In this document: positions 19,274 to 28,903 of the stretch, one piece after another
How the letters are laid out: each line of letters opens with the position of its first letter
How positions within the stretch are numbered: position 1 is the stretch's first letter
NCBI GenBank assembly: GCA_947169975.1
Contig: CAMVRT010000008.1
Location: forward strand, 17,823-81,822
Direction: 5' to 3'
Source of the DNA: an uncultured Oscillospiraceae bacterium
GTDB lineage: Bacteria; Bacillota; Clostridia; Oscillospirales; Oscillospiraceae
Length of the DNA stretch: 64,000 nt
Translations under genes and position numbers: made by a program
Notes under the pieces: model-generated
Told to the model about the DNA's origin: nothing
The model's database searches: none
What the model saw: only the letters and a program-made list of their open reading frames with translations

Positions 19274-19302
19274 AGTATACCACCCTTCCGCGGCAAGTGC
19301 AA
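19274..19302 (-). promoter_or_regulatory. sigmaA-type promoter for the CapD-like gene
   Basis: On the minus strand: TTGCAC, 17 nt, TGG-TATACT. Confidence 0.5.
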
Positions 19303-19309
19303 CCCTCAT

Positions 19310-20070
19310 TCGACGCGATGCGCGCCTTCCCCATCCCCCGACGTCAATGCGTCCGTAGGGCGGGACCTATGTGTCCCGCCGTTGTGTGTCCCGCTGCGGC
19401 GGGGACGGGGGTTGGGGGTTGGTTTCGCGTCTCCGGACGCGAGGTACTTTTGCCATCAGCGGCAAAAGTACCCAAAAACGCCGCTTGAAACCCATGGTTT
19501 CAAGACTTCCTTCCGCGCTGTTCGTGTCTGTACTCGTTACACTGTGCCGCGCGATTGCGGAAACCGGGTAATCATCGTATGGTTGACGATGCGCCATGCT
19601 CCTGTTATCGCTGCCGCTTCGCTGCGCTCGGCTCAATAGATGAAACCGGTGCGTCTACCCCCCCTCCCCGGAGGGTCGAGTCCAGAGGAGGGAACCGCCG
19701 CAGCGGTGCCCTCCTTTGGCCGTTTCAAGGGAGGGTTCCCCAAGGGAGGGGATTTCGCCGAAGCGCCGCCTCGTCGACAGAAACTTCACATCCCTCGCCG
19801 CGGTGTGCGACACCACGGCTCGTCCGTTTCGTTCTGTCTCCTCTCCCCACCGCAAATGCTTCGCTGGTTTGCGGCGGGGACCCCATTAGAAAGAAGCGAG
19901 GCGGAATCGAGGATGGCCCCCGCTTGTCGCGACCAAAGGAAGCGAGAAGCGGCTGGGCCGACGGTGGGCAATAATCGGAATCCCCTCCCTTGGGTGGCTT
20001 CTTTGCCCACTTTCTGCGCCATGGCAGAAAGTGGGTCGTGCCCGAGGGCACGAAACCATCCTCCATCTTC
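19310..20070 (+). repeat. 760-bp non-coding mosaic of hairpin modules
   Basis: Contains E-like, F (19841-19888, the inverted copy of 676-722) and B-long units plus many private hairpins. The ORFs here translate to low-complexity R/G/P/A strings. Confidence 0.65.
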
Positions 20071-20108
20071 CAAAAGCACAGCCCCGGAGCGTCTGCTCCG
20101 GGGCTGTG
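20071..20108 (-). terminator. hairpin terminator after the C11 peptidase gene
   Basis: Minus strand: cacagccccggagcagacgctccggggctgtg plus cttttg (weak T tract). Confidence 0.5.
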
Positions 20109-20136
20109 GTTGGGTTATCAGCTTGTGGGAACGCGA

Positions 20137-22683
20137 TTACGGCATGGTGGGCGTCCAGTACTCCTGGCCGTACATATCGGTGAGGCAGAAGCAGGCCGCG
20201 GCGCGGAAGTCGCTGATATCCACGTCGCTGACGACCTCGTCGCCGGTCCAGGTCATCTGCTCGCCCAGCTTGTAGCTGTTCTGATAGGTGCCGTCATAGG
20301 TGTAGTAGTCGCACAGGAAGTCGATTTTGTCGCCGGGAGACAGCTCGATCTCGTTCTTGGGCACGGTGTCGGTCTCGCCGCCGGTATACACGGCCCGGGC
20401 GCCGGTCACATAGCCGTAGGGGTGGTCGTTGTCGAACACGATCAGCAGCTCGGCGCGCTGTGTGACGGGATCCGCGTCGTACTCCTCGCCGTTCTCGGTG
20501 TCGCTGAAGAGCTCGGACTTCTCCTCCGTGTGGGTGATCAGGCAGGGCACATGGCCGCGGATCACGTATTCGTCATCCTGGAAGGAGCTGTCGTCGTAGT
20601 AGTAGGCCACCACCTGCTCGTCGATGGCCAGCCAGGTGCCGTAGTACAGGCCCAGCAGGTCGCCGTCGCCGGTGAACTCATAGGTGCAGTCCATGCCCAG
20701 GTCGATATAGCCGCTGCCGTCATCCACCCAGACGTTGAGCTGCAGGTCGTTGACCATGGCCCACTGCTCCTCGCTCAGGTGCAGCACGGGCTGGTTCAGG
20801 TCGTTCCGCGTCCACTGCAGGGCGGAGCAATCGAACTGGTTGTCGGCCAGATATTCCTTGACCTGGTCGGCGTTCAGCTCCACGAAGCGCCCGTTGTCCA
20901 TGAGCCCGCCCAGCAGGCCCAGGATGGCGTCGGCGCCCAGGGCGCCGCCGGAGGAGCCGGAGCCGGTCTGTCCGCCGCCCTGAATGGCGTCCAGCGGGGA
21001 GAAGCTGCCCAGGATGCCGTTGGTGGCCACAGCCTGGCCGCCGCTCTCCATGCTGGCGAACTGCTGGATGCAGCGGGCGTAGTCGCTGTCCATGCCGATG
21101 GCCTTGTAGGTGGCCACGGCGGAGCTGACCTTGCCGGCGTTCTTATAGGGGAAGTAGATGGACAAGCCGTAAGCGTTGGTCATGGAGTCGGAGGTGCGGT
21201 TGTACTTCACCGCGCCCAGCAGGGCGCCGGCCAGGGCCTTACTCTCCCTGGTGTCCATATTGTAGGCCAGATGCACCAGATCCACCTGGTCGATCTTGTT
21301 GGAGGCCGCGAACTCGCGGGTGGAGCTGCGGGCAGTGGAGACCTTCTGGTACTGCTGGCCCTGCATCAGCTTGGAGGTGCCGGAGGCGAAGGCGGAGAGC
21401 TTGTCGGGCACGGTGTGGCTGAGCTCCGCCAGATCCACCACGGACAGCGTGGTGGCCTGACCGCGGCACTTGCGCGAGCACTCCTCCACGAAGCTGTCCA
21501 CGATCAGCTTGCCCAGATCCAGGGTGCTGATGGAGGTGTCCTTATCCAGGGCGGTGAGCCAGTCGGTGTAGTACCAGCCCACGCCGGGCTCCGTCTCCTC
21601 GGAGGCGATCATATAGTCGGCATAGGGCTCCAGCATGAGGCCGGTCTCCAGCGTGGCCATCAGGCAGGCGTCAAAGCCCACGAAGTCGAACTTCACGCCG
21701 CCGTCCTTCAGCGCCTTGTTGACGCCGGAGAGGTTCATGGAGCCGGCTCTGGCGTTCTTCTCATCGTAGCCGTAGCCGGAGAGGGAGCCGCCGCCGTGGT
21801 CCCACAGGATCAGCATGTTGCGGTTGGCGGGGTATTTCTGGGTGCAGTAGCGGATGAAGGCGGACAGGGTGTTGGGGTCGGTCATGACCTTGGCGCCGTC
21901 GTCCTTCAGCTTGGTCAGCTGGCCGTTGCGCACCTGCCAGATCTGGTTGGTGCTGCTGCTGACCACGTTGTTCTGCCACTGCTTGCATCCGCCGGTGTAG
22001 ATGATGACGTTGAGCCGGGAGTTCTTCACGCTGGCATTGAGGATCTCCTGGAGGTCCATGGTGCCCATGCGGCTGCGAGACTCCAGATCGGTGCCGCACA
22101 TATAGATCATCAGGGTCACGGTGTCTCTGCCGTCGTTCCGGATCTCGGTGAATTTGGCCCGGGAGCCGCTGGCCACGGATGTGCTGAGCCGCCCGGTGTT
22201 GGGCGTGGTAAGCCAGCTGCCGGAGGCAGCGCTGCCGCCGCTGTAGGACGAGCCGCCGCCCAGCAGACTGCCCAGGATGTTCAGTCCGCCGCTGCCGTAT
22301 GCGCCGGAGCTGGGGGTCTGCTGCTGGGTCACGGTGCTGGGCGCGAGGGCGCTGAGCAGCGAGCCGCCGCCGCTGTTGCCGCTGCCGCCAAAGAGGCCGC
22401 CCAGCAGGCCGCCCAGATTGCCTTTGGTCAGCAGCAGCACCACCACGATGATGATGAGCAGCCCGCCGCCGCCCTTGGCCGCGCGGGTGAGGTTGGCGTT
22501 GCCGCCGGAGCTGCCGGAGCCGCCGGTGGGTTTGAAGCCTTGGGCGGGGCGGTTGGCCTCTTTCCGTCCTTCATAGCCGTCCTGACGGCCCACCGGACCG
22601 GTGTTCAGGCCCTCGCCCCGTCTGTAGAGGCCCTTGCCCTTGCCGGTCACTTTCTTTTCCCGACCGTTGGGTCTGTTTTCCAT
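20137..22683 (-). CDS. membrane-anchored clostripain-family (C11) cysteine peptidase
   Basis: N-terminal basic segment, one TM segment and a Gly/Ser-rich linker. These are followed by LMIYMCGTDLES, ILWDHGGG (His) and GFDACLMATLE (Cys), typical of peptidase C11. The RBS is GGAGGGA. Confidence 0.75.
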   Translation of the reverse strand: MENRPNGREKKVTGKGKGLYRRGEGLNTGPVGRQDGYEGRKEANRPAQGFKPTGGSGSSGGNANLTRAAKGGGGLLIIIVVVLLLTKGNLGGLLGGLFGGSGNSGGGSLLSALAPSTVTQQQTPSSGAYGSGGLNILGSLLGGGSSYSGGSAASGSWLTTPNTGRLSTSVASGSRAKFTEIRNDGRDTVTLMIYMCGTDLESRSRMGTMDLQEILNASVKNSRLNVIIYTGGCKQWQNNVVSSSTNQIWQVRNGQLTKLKDDGAKVMTDPNTLSAFIRYCTQKYPANRNMLILWDHGGGSLSGYGYDEKNARAGSMNLSGVNKALKDGGVKFDFVGFDACLMATLETGLMLEPYADYMIASEETEPGVGWYYTDWLTALDKDTSISTLDLGKLIVDSFVEECSRKCRGQATTLSVVDLAELSHTVPDKLSAFASGTSKLMQGQQYQKVSTARSSTREFAASNKIDQVDLVHLAYNMDTRESKALAGALLGAVKYNRTSDSMTNAYGLSIYFPYKNAGKVSSAVATYKAIGMDSDYARCIQQFASMESGGQAVATNGILGSFSPLDAIQGGGQTGSGSSGGALGADAILGLLGGLMDNGRFVELNADQVKEYLADNQFDCSALQWTRNDLNQPVLHLSEEQWAMVNDLQLNVWVDDGSGYIDLGMDCTYEFTGDGDLLGLYYGTWLAIDEQVVAYYYDDSSFQDDEYVIRGHVPCLITHTEEKSELFSDTENGEEYDADPVTQRAELLIVFDNDHPYGYVTGARAVYTGGETDTVPKNEIELSPGDKIDFLCDYYTYDGTYQNSYKLGEQMTWTGDEVVSDVDISDFRAAACFCLTDMYGQEYWTPTMP

Positions 22684-22740
22684 TGATACATCCCTCCATA
22701 CACGTCTGCGTGGGAAATTTCCTTCTTTTATATCATATAT

Positions 22741-22769
22741 ATCATAGCAAATATTTTTCCATAATGCAA
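22741..22769 (-). promoter_or_regulatory. sigmaA-type promoter for the C11 peptidase gene
   Basis: On the minus strand: TTGCAT, 17 nt, TGC-TATGAT, within the only AT-rich patch of this region. Confidence 0.55.
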
Positions 22770-23009
22770 TTTTTTTTGCATCGGCTGCATTATATTATCG
22801 GACGACAGCGCGGCATCGGTCGAAAAATGCCGAACAGGCCGGCGTCCACCCTCCGTTTTCACCGCAGGGAGGCTCTCCGCGCCTGCCCAGAAGCCTTCCT
22901 GCCCCGGGGAGAAGGCGGCGCGCAGCTCCGGATGCGGGACGGCATCGCCGCCGTAACGGATGCAGGGTCATTGCCGCGCCGCCTCGCCGACTCCTCCGCC
23001 AGATTGCCA

Positions 23010-23038
23010 CTTGCGTTCGGAGCCCCTTTGCCCTATAA
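23010..23038 (+). promoter_or_regulatory. sigmaA-type promoter for the MalY-like / MurF-LRR pair
   Basis: TTGCGT, 17 nt, TATAAT. Confidence 0.45.
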
Positions 23039-23079
23039 TAATGCTCGGAAAAACAAGAAAAAATACAGGAGGGCTTCCC

Positions 23080-24261
23080 ATGGAACGCTTTGACCGCGCG
23101 TATTTTGACGCACCGCAGGATCGCCGGAACACCGGCTCCATTAAATACGGCACCCCTCCGGCCGGCGCGCCGGAGGACGTGATCCCCATGTGGGTGGCGG
23201 ATATGGACTTCCCCACGCCTCCCGCCGTGGCCGCCGCCCTGCGCCGGGCCGGTGAGCGCACCATCTTCGGCTACACCGCCGTGGACGGGAGCCACTGGGA
23301 CACTGTGGCAAGCTGGTATCACCGCCGCATGGGCTGGAAGACGGAGCCGGACTGGTTCTCCTCCGTGCCCAGCGTTCTCTCCGGCGTCAGCGCTGCCGTG
23401 CGCACCTTCGCCGCCCCCGGCGAGGGCGTGGTGCTGTGCCAGCCGGTGTACTACCCCTTCGCCCGCATCATCAGCGGCTGCGGCCGCAGTCTGCGCGTCG
23501 TTCCCCTGCGTCTGGAGGGCACGCGCTACACCTTCGACTACGAAGCCATTGAAAAAGAGCTGCGGCGCGTGGATTGTAAAGTATTTCTCCTTTGCAACCC
23601 TCATAACCCCGTGGCCCGTGTCTGGACGGCAGAGGAGCTGCAAAGGCTGGGCGAGCTCTGCCTGAAAAACCACGTGGTCATCGTCTCCGACGAGATCCAC
23701 GCCGACCTGATCCTGGACCGGCGGCGCCATGTGCCCATGGCCTCCGTGTCGCCGGAGATCGCGCAGATAACCGTCACCGCCATGGCCCCCACCAAGACCT
23801 TCAACATGGCGGGCATTCCCGCCGCCCATCTGATCATCCCCAATGCCGACATGCGTGAGCGTGTCAGCGCCACCTGCTGGGCCTCCGGCATGGCGGGCTG
23901 GGGCGTGGCCTCCATGATGGCGGCCCGCGCCGCCTACGGTGAGAGCGAGCCGTGGCTGGAGGGTCTGCTGGACTACCTGCGCGGCAGCCGCGATCTGCTG
24001 TATGAGGCCTTCCCCGCCGGCTCTCCCATCGCCTGCCTCCCGGTGGAGGGCACGTACCTTGCGTGGCTGGACTGCCGCGGTCTGGGCCTCACGGAGGAGG
24101 CCCTCCACGACCTGTTTCTGAAAAAGGCCGGGGTCTGGCTGGACGACGGCGACATGTTCGGCAAGGGCGGCCAGGGCTTCATGCGATTGAACTTCGCCTG
24201 CCAGCGCGATACGCTCACCGAGGCCGTCCGCCGCATCAAGACCGCCGCCGGCATGAACTGA
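23080..24261 (+). CDS. MalY/PatB-family PLP-dependent C-S lyase (class I/II aminotransferase fold)
   Basis: Start ATG 23080 after ACAGGAGGG. Motifs RRNTGSIKYG, IPMWVADMDF, LCNPHNPV, VSDEIHADL and the PTKTFNMAG PLP-lysine motif. Confidence 0.85.
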   Translation: MERFDRAYFDAPQDRRNTGSIKYGTPPAGAPEDVIPMWVADMDFPTPPAVAAALRRAGERTIFGYTAVDGSHWDTVASWYHRRMGWKTEPDWFSSVPSVLSGVSAAVRTFAAPGEGVVLCQPVYYPFARIISGCGRSLRVVPLRLEGTRYTFDYEAIEKELRRVDCKVFLLCNPHNPVARVWTAEELQRLGELCLKNHVVIVSDEIHADLILDRRRHVPMASVSPEIAQITVTAMAPTKTFNMAGIPAAHLIIPNADMRERVSATCWASGMAGWGVASMMAARAAYGESEPWLEGLLDYLRGSRDLLYEAFPAGSPIACLPVEGTYLAWLDCRGLGLTEEALHDLFLKKAGVWLDDGDMFGKGGQGFMRLNFACQRDTLTEAVRRIKTAAGMN

Positions 24262-24282
24262 CCGAAGAAAGGAATCCGAACC

Positions 24283-26301
24283 ATGCTCAACGAACTGTTA
24301 CACACCAATCTGACCCTGGGCAAGGTGGCCGCCGTCTGCGGGGCGACTCTGCCCGCCGGTCTGGACGGCGACGCCTCCTGCGGCCGCGTGCTGACCCAGG
24401 CGGTGTATGTCAAGCCCGGCGACGTGGTCATCAGCGCCGGCTGGTATTTTGACCAGCGGATCATTCCCCCCGCACTGGAGAAGGGGGCTGCGCTGGTGAT
24501 CTGCTCGGCCAAGGCCGCCCAGCAGTATCCCGATCCCCGGGTGACGGCGGTGGACGACCCCCAGGAGGCCGTGCGCCGGTTCCAGCGCTGGTGCGCCGAG
24601 GGCTGCCGCGCCAAGCGCATCGCCATCACCGGCAGCGTGGGCAAGACCACCACCACCGGCCTCATCAACTCCGTGCTCACCAAGTGCTATCCCACCCTGA
24701 CCCATCACACCATGGCCAACAGCCACGGCGCCATATTGCGCAATGTCCAGAAGCTGCGTCCCAACCATCAGTACTGGGTGCAGGAGGTGGGCGGCGTCCA
24801 GCCGGGCTACATTGAGAGCACGGCTAAATTCCTCTGCCCCGACGCGGTGGTGCTGACCAACATCGGCGAGTCCCACCTGAACCTCTACAAGACCAAGGAG
24901 GGCATCCTCCGCGACAAGGCCAGTCTGGAGCGCTATGCCAAGCCCGACGCGGTGGTGATCATCAACAGCGACGATGAGATGCTGCGCAGCGCCTCCTACA
25001 CCCACCGGGTCATCACCTGCTCCTATGCCGATCCCGCCGCCGACTACCACGCCGAGGACGTGCGGACGGAGCTGGACGGCGTGGTCTTCACCGCTGTGTG
25101 CAAGGACGGCGAGAGGTGCGAGATCCGCCTCCACCTCTACGGCGAGCACAATGTGTACAACGCCCTGTCCGCCGTGGCGGTGTGCCGCTGGGCGGGCGTG
25201 CCGCTGGAGAAGATCGCCCGGCTCATGGCGGACTATCACCCCGACGGCATGCGCCAGAACATGATCCACGTGGGCGGGTACAACCTGCTGGTGGACACCT
25301 TCAACGCCGAGCCCAAGACGGTGCTGCTGTCGGCCCAGACGCTGGAAAAGCTGCCGGTGCCGGAGGGCGGCCGCCGGATCTTCGCCACCGGCCATATCGA
25401 CAAGCTGGGCGAACACTCCCCGGAGATGCACGCCCATCTGGGCCACGATCTGGCGAAGCTGCAGCTGGATCAGGTGCTCTTCTACGCCGGGGACAGCCGC
25501 TATGCCTATGACGCCATGGTGGCCGACGGCTGCACCAACGCATTGATGTTCACCGACCGCGGCGAGCTGGACGACTGGCTGCGGCGGAACGTGACGCGGC
25601 AGGACGTGGTGTTCTTCAAGAGCGGCCAGTTTGAGGCGGCTCTTGCCAAGACGGTGGACCACGTGTTCGGCACCAGCTTCCAGAACGAGCAGCAGTTCAA
25701 CAACGGCGATCCGGTCACCACGCCGGATGGCTTCAAGCTGCGGCTGCGTATGGACGGCATCGCCGAGGTGGAGGGCTACACCGGCGCCGCCGCCGATGTG
25801 GTGATTCCCGCCACATACGGCGAGCACACGGTGATCCGCATTTCCCCGGAGGCCTTCAAGCGGAACAAGACCATGACCTCTGTTGTGATCCCGGACACGG
25901 TGGTCAGCATCGGCGAGGAGGCCTTTTACTCCTGCTCCCATCTGACCTCCCTCCGCCTGCCTGCCGGGCTGAAGATCGTGGGCAAAAACGCCTTCAATTA
26001 CTGCCGCTCCCTGAAAACGCTGAACATTCCGGAGGGCGCCATCCATCTGGATCGCCACGCCTTCTACGACTGCAAGCGGTTGGAGATCGTGACCATCCCC
26101 GCCTCGGTGGGCTTCATCGGCGAGGAGGCCTTCGGCACCACCGTCCAGCGCAGCCGTAAGGTGCATTTCCACTGTGTCCCCGGCTCCGTGGCGGCGGAGA
26201 TGGCGGCCCACCTTCCCCCTCCCCGCCCCCTGTCCCAGGTGGTCGAGGGCAAGGTCAGGCGTGTCGCCAAAGTGGTCACCAAAAAACTGGCCGGACAGTG
26301 A
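24283..26301 (+). CDS. MurF-like Mur-ligase fused to a C-terminal BspA-type leucine-rich-repeat (LRR_5-like) domain
   Basis: Residues 1-460 align end to end with MurF (ITGSVGKTTT P-loop, TNIGESHL, INSDDE, GEHNVYNAL, DTFNAEP, FFKSGQFE). Residues about 490-640 carry IP..V..IG..AF..C..L repeats. There is no signal peptide. Confidence 0.8.
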   Translation: MLNELLHTNLTLGKVAAVCGATLPAGLDGDASCGRVLTQAVYVKPGDVVISAGWYFDQRIIPPALEKGAALVICSAKAAQQYPDPRVTAVDDPQEAVRRFQRWCAEGCRAKRIAITGSVGKTTTTGLINSVLTKCYPTLTHHTMANSHGAILRNVQKLRPNHQYWVQEVGGVQPGYIESTAKFLCPDAVVLTNIGESHLNLYKTKEGILRDKASLERYAKPDAVVIINSDDEMLRSASYTHRVITCSYADPAADYHAEDVRTELDGVVFTAVCKDGERCEIRLHLYGEHNVYNALSAVAVCRWAGVPLEKIARLMADYHPDGMRQNMIHVGGYNLLVDTFNAEPKTVLLSAQTLEKLPVPEGGRRIFATGHIDKLGEHSPEMHAHLGHDLAKLQLDQVLFYAGDSRYAYDAMVADGCTNALMFTDRGELDDWLRRNVTRQDVVFFKSGQFEAALAKTVDHVFGTSFQNEQQFNNGDPVTTPDGFKLRLRMDGIAEVEGYTGAAADVVIPATYGEHTVIRISPEAFKRNKTMTSVVIPDTVVSIGEEAFYSCSHLTSLRLPAGLKIVGKNAFNYCRSLKTLNIPEGAIHLDRHAFYDCKRLEIVTIPASVGFIGEEAFGTTVQRSRKVHFHCVPGSVAAEMAAHLPPPRPLSQVVEGKVRRVAKVVTKKLAGQ

Positions 26302-26436
26302 TGCCCCCGCCCCGTCATTGCGAGCCGCCAACGGCGCAGCCGACGGATGAGGTGTCATTGCGAGGGCTCAACGGGCCCGTGGTAATCCGTAATCCCCTGC
26401 GTAAAACAAAAGAGGAGAGGCAAGCGCCTCTCCTCT

Positions 26437-26640
26437 GAGACTGTCAAAAAACGGCAATGCCGTTTTTTGACAAAAGGCTTGCAGCCTACTGCGCGCACTC
26501 ATTGTCCGCCAATGGCGGACAATTCGCACACTTCGTAGTCTGAGAGGTGTATTTTGCCACGTACACGCCGCGGCAAAATACGATTAAATGTCTTCGCGCC
26601 GTGCGCGGCGCGAACTCTGCGAGGCTTTTTTGACAAGCTG
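26437..26640 (-). mobile_element. family-C MITE-like element, copy 4 (subtype a, 204 bp, inverted relative to copy 2)
   Basis: It is the reverse complement of copy 2 minus two internal modules. It sits inside a terminator hairpin that is duplicated on both sides (the 26-mer agaggagaggcaagcgcctctcctct at 26411-26436 and 26641-26666). Confidence 0.5.
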
Positions 26641-26687
26641 AGAGGAGAGGCAAGCGCCTCTCCTCTTTTCATCATGTAAATTGCAGG

Positions 26688-27572
26688 TCAGCTTCTGGGG
26701 TTGTTGGCGTTGAGAGCCTCCCGGGCCTCCTTCAGCTCGTCGGGCGCCGGGTTCTTGCCCAGCACGGCGGTCTCCCACTTCTCGCCCCACCACCACCAGC
26801 GGGTGGCCAGGCGGCCGATGGTGCCCACATTCTCCACACGGCCCTGGCTGTCCAGGGTCATGCCGTCCCGCCAGTACACCTTGTCCGGCATGTCGGTGAG
26901 CATCACGTACTCCACGGCGTAGATGTTGATGGTGCTGTCATCGGTCTCATCCGTGTAAGAGTGCAGATACTCCAGGCGGGTGATCTCCCAGCCGGTGTAG
27001 GGCTGGCCGTTGCCCACCTCGTCCTGATAGATCTCCTCGATGGCCGCGCCCAGTACCTCGCTGTAGCGCTCCATGGCCTGCTCGCTGATGACCTTCTCCT
27101 CGTCGCGGTAATGGCGCAGGAGGGTGTAGAGCTCCTCTCCCTCCACGAACACCCGGCCATACTCGCCGCCCTTGTAGGCGGTGATGCGCACCAGATTCTC
27201 CGTCAGGCCGCAGGTCAGCTCCAGCCACAGGTCGCTGTCATCTCCGGCGGCATTCTCCATGTGGTAGGTGCGGCTCCAGTACCCGTTTTTGCCCTCGCCC
27301 AGATTGGCGGCCTCGCCGTCGGCGACGGTGCGTACGTTTTTCGCGGCGGCCTGCAGCGCCTGGGAGAGCTGGAAGCGCGTAATGCGCCTGTCGGCAAACT
27401 CCTCGTCCACCGGGAAATTGATGGGCTCCACGTTCCGGATCAGGTTGATGACCTTGATGGAACCCTGTTCCGTGGGCTGCTGCTCCTCCTTCTTCTGCTG
27501 CCAGGGGAGGCCGCAGCCGGTCAGTCCCAGCGCCAGCACGGCGGCCAGCAGCAGGGTGATGATTCTCTTCAA
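26688..27572 (-). CDS. lipoprotein, unknown function
   Basis: Signal peptide KRIITLLLAAVLALGLTGCG. I prefer the TTG start at 27572 (AGGAG 10 nt upstream). The alternative ATG at 27599 has an RBS only 1 nt away. Confidence 0.65.
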   Translation of the reverse strand: MKRIITLLLAAVLALGLTGCGLPWQQKKEEQQPTEQGSIKVINLIRNVEPINFPVDEEFADRRITRFQLSQALQAAAKNVRTVADGEAANLGEGKNGYWSRTYHMENAAGDDSDLWLELTCGLTENLVRITAYKGGEYGRVFVEGEELYTLLRHYRDEEKVISEQAMERYSEVLGAAIEEIYQDEVGNGQPYTGWEITRLEYLHSYTDETDDSTINIYAVEYVMLTDMPDKVYWRDGMTLDSQGRVENVGTIGRLATRWWWWGEKWETAVLGKNPAPDELKEAREALNANNPRS

Positions 27573-27755
27573 AACGATCAACTCCTTTCGGTTTGGCATG
27601 CTCCTTTGAACCGTATTGTAGGACAAAACCCGGCACAGGTCAATATGTTGTGCCGTATTGTAATCAAAGCTGGCCCCAATTCGTCGCTTCTGTTACCGAT
27701 TCGACACTCCCGACGGACAAATTACGGCTTTCCCCGCCGAAATACGGCGCTGCCC

Positions 27756-28086
27756 CGTCATTGCACACACTGGCGGCGCGGCAATCCGTAACACCCCCAA
27801 AAAGCCTTCCCCTTGAGGGGATTTCGCCGAAGCGCCGCCTGTGGCGGATGAAGCGAGGCGGAATCGAGGAAGTATCCCGGTTTTCACGACCAACGGGAGC
27901 GAAAACCGGCTGACATGACGGTGGGCAAAAAGGTGGCTGCCCGCAGGGCAGACGGATGAGGTGTCATTGCGAGGAGCGCAGCGACGCGGCAATCCGTATT
28001 CCCCCGCAAGCCTTCTCCCTTGTTCTCTCCAAGCCTTCTCCCTCGGGAGAAGGTGGCTGCCCATCAGGGCAGCCGGATGAGGGGCG
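27756..28086 (+). repeat. mosaic of A, B-long, A and B hairpin modules
   Basis: Same module vocabulary as 1921-2196 and 2934-3962. Confidence 0.7.
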
Positions 28087-28139
28087 TCACACCGCGCCGC
28101 CCTCATCTCCATCGTTTAAAGTCCGCATTATGTAAACAA

Positions 28140-28790
28140 CTATGCCTCCACGGCCACGTAGCCGCACAAGCGCAGGGTGTCGGCGGCCACATAGCGGGGG
28201 CGGGCAGCCCAGCCGTCTGCCAGCAGGAAATAGAGCCGGGGCTTGCTCCGTCCGTCCACGGCCACCCGCACGGCGCCCAGCGCCAGTACCAGGTGAGAGC
28301 CGTAGCAGCGGTGATGGGTCATGGCCAGCACCAGCAGTCTCCCCCGCTCCAGTTCCTCTTCCATGCGCTCCGGCTTTGCCTGAACGCGCCAGGTCAGCTT
28401 CGCGCCGTCGATGCCGCAGCTGCGCAGGCAGGCGGCCACATAAGGCCGCAGCAGGAGATAGGATGTACCGCCCATGTGGAGCTTCTCGTCGATGTTCCAG
28501 TAGGTGAGCCGCCGCTTGCCGATGGCCGCCGCCCGCTGGAAGATCTCGTCGGGCTCCAGCGGCGCAAGGCCCCGTTTGCGGCGGATGGCGCACACCAGGT
28601 TGGTCATGGCGGTGGGGCCGCAGTGCTGGTGATAGCCCCGGCCCAGCTTTCCGAATTCCCCGGTGGTATGGAATTCCGCATTCTTCCGCCACGGCTCCCG
28701 GCGCGACAGCTCCTCGCAGGGGTAGCCGGTCACTGCCACAGCGTCGGCCACCGGATCGCTCACCGGAAGCAGCTCTTGTCTCTTGGCCAT
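28140..28790 (-). CDS. hypothetical cytoplasmic protein, possible papain-like (C39-like) cysteine peptidase
   Basis: Start ATG 28790 after AGAGGGGGG. HCGPTAMTNL (candidate nucleophile) and YGSHLVLALG (candidate His) resemble C39-like folds. This is a weak, memory-based call. Confidence 0.45.
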   Translation of the reverse strand: MAKRQELLPVSDPVADAVAVTGYPCEELSRREPWRKNAEFHTTGEFGKLGRGYHQHCGPTAMTNLVCAIRRKRGLAPLEPDEIFQRAAAIGKRRLTYWNIDEKLHMGGTSYLLLRPYVAACLRSCGIDGAKLTWRVQAKPERMEEELERGRLLVLAMTHHRCYGSHLVLALGAVRVAVDGRSKPRLYFLLADGWAARPRYVAADTLRLCGYVAVEA

Positions 28791-28814
28791 GTTGCGTCCC
28801 CCCTCTTTTTTGTC

Positions 28815-28845
28815 ATTATACCACATTTTCTGCCAAATGCCACCC
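28815..28845 (-). promoter_or_regulatory. extended -10 promoter for 28140-28790
   Basis: On the minus strand: TGG-TATAAT with a poor -35 (GTGGCA). Confidence 0.4.
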
Positions 28846-28854
28846 CTCCGGCGC

Positions 28855-28883
28855 AAAAACGCCCTCTCCCGCAGGAGAGGGCG
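28855..28883 (-). terminator. rho-independent terminator after the LRR/Ig gene
   Basis: Minus strand: cgccctctcctgcgggagagggcg plus ttttt. Confidence 0.75.
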
Positions 28884-28903
28884 TTTTTTTACGTGTCAAA
28901 GTC

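Noticed and set aside
22770-23009. Looked for a T-box, SAM or other riboswitch in the long leader region upstream of the MalY-like gene.
   Set aside because: I recognised no conserved riboswitch core. The segment contains degenerate B/A-type repeat modules, and the best promoter (23010-23038) lies downstream of it.
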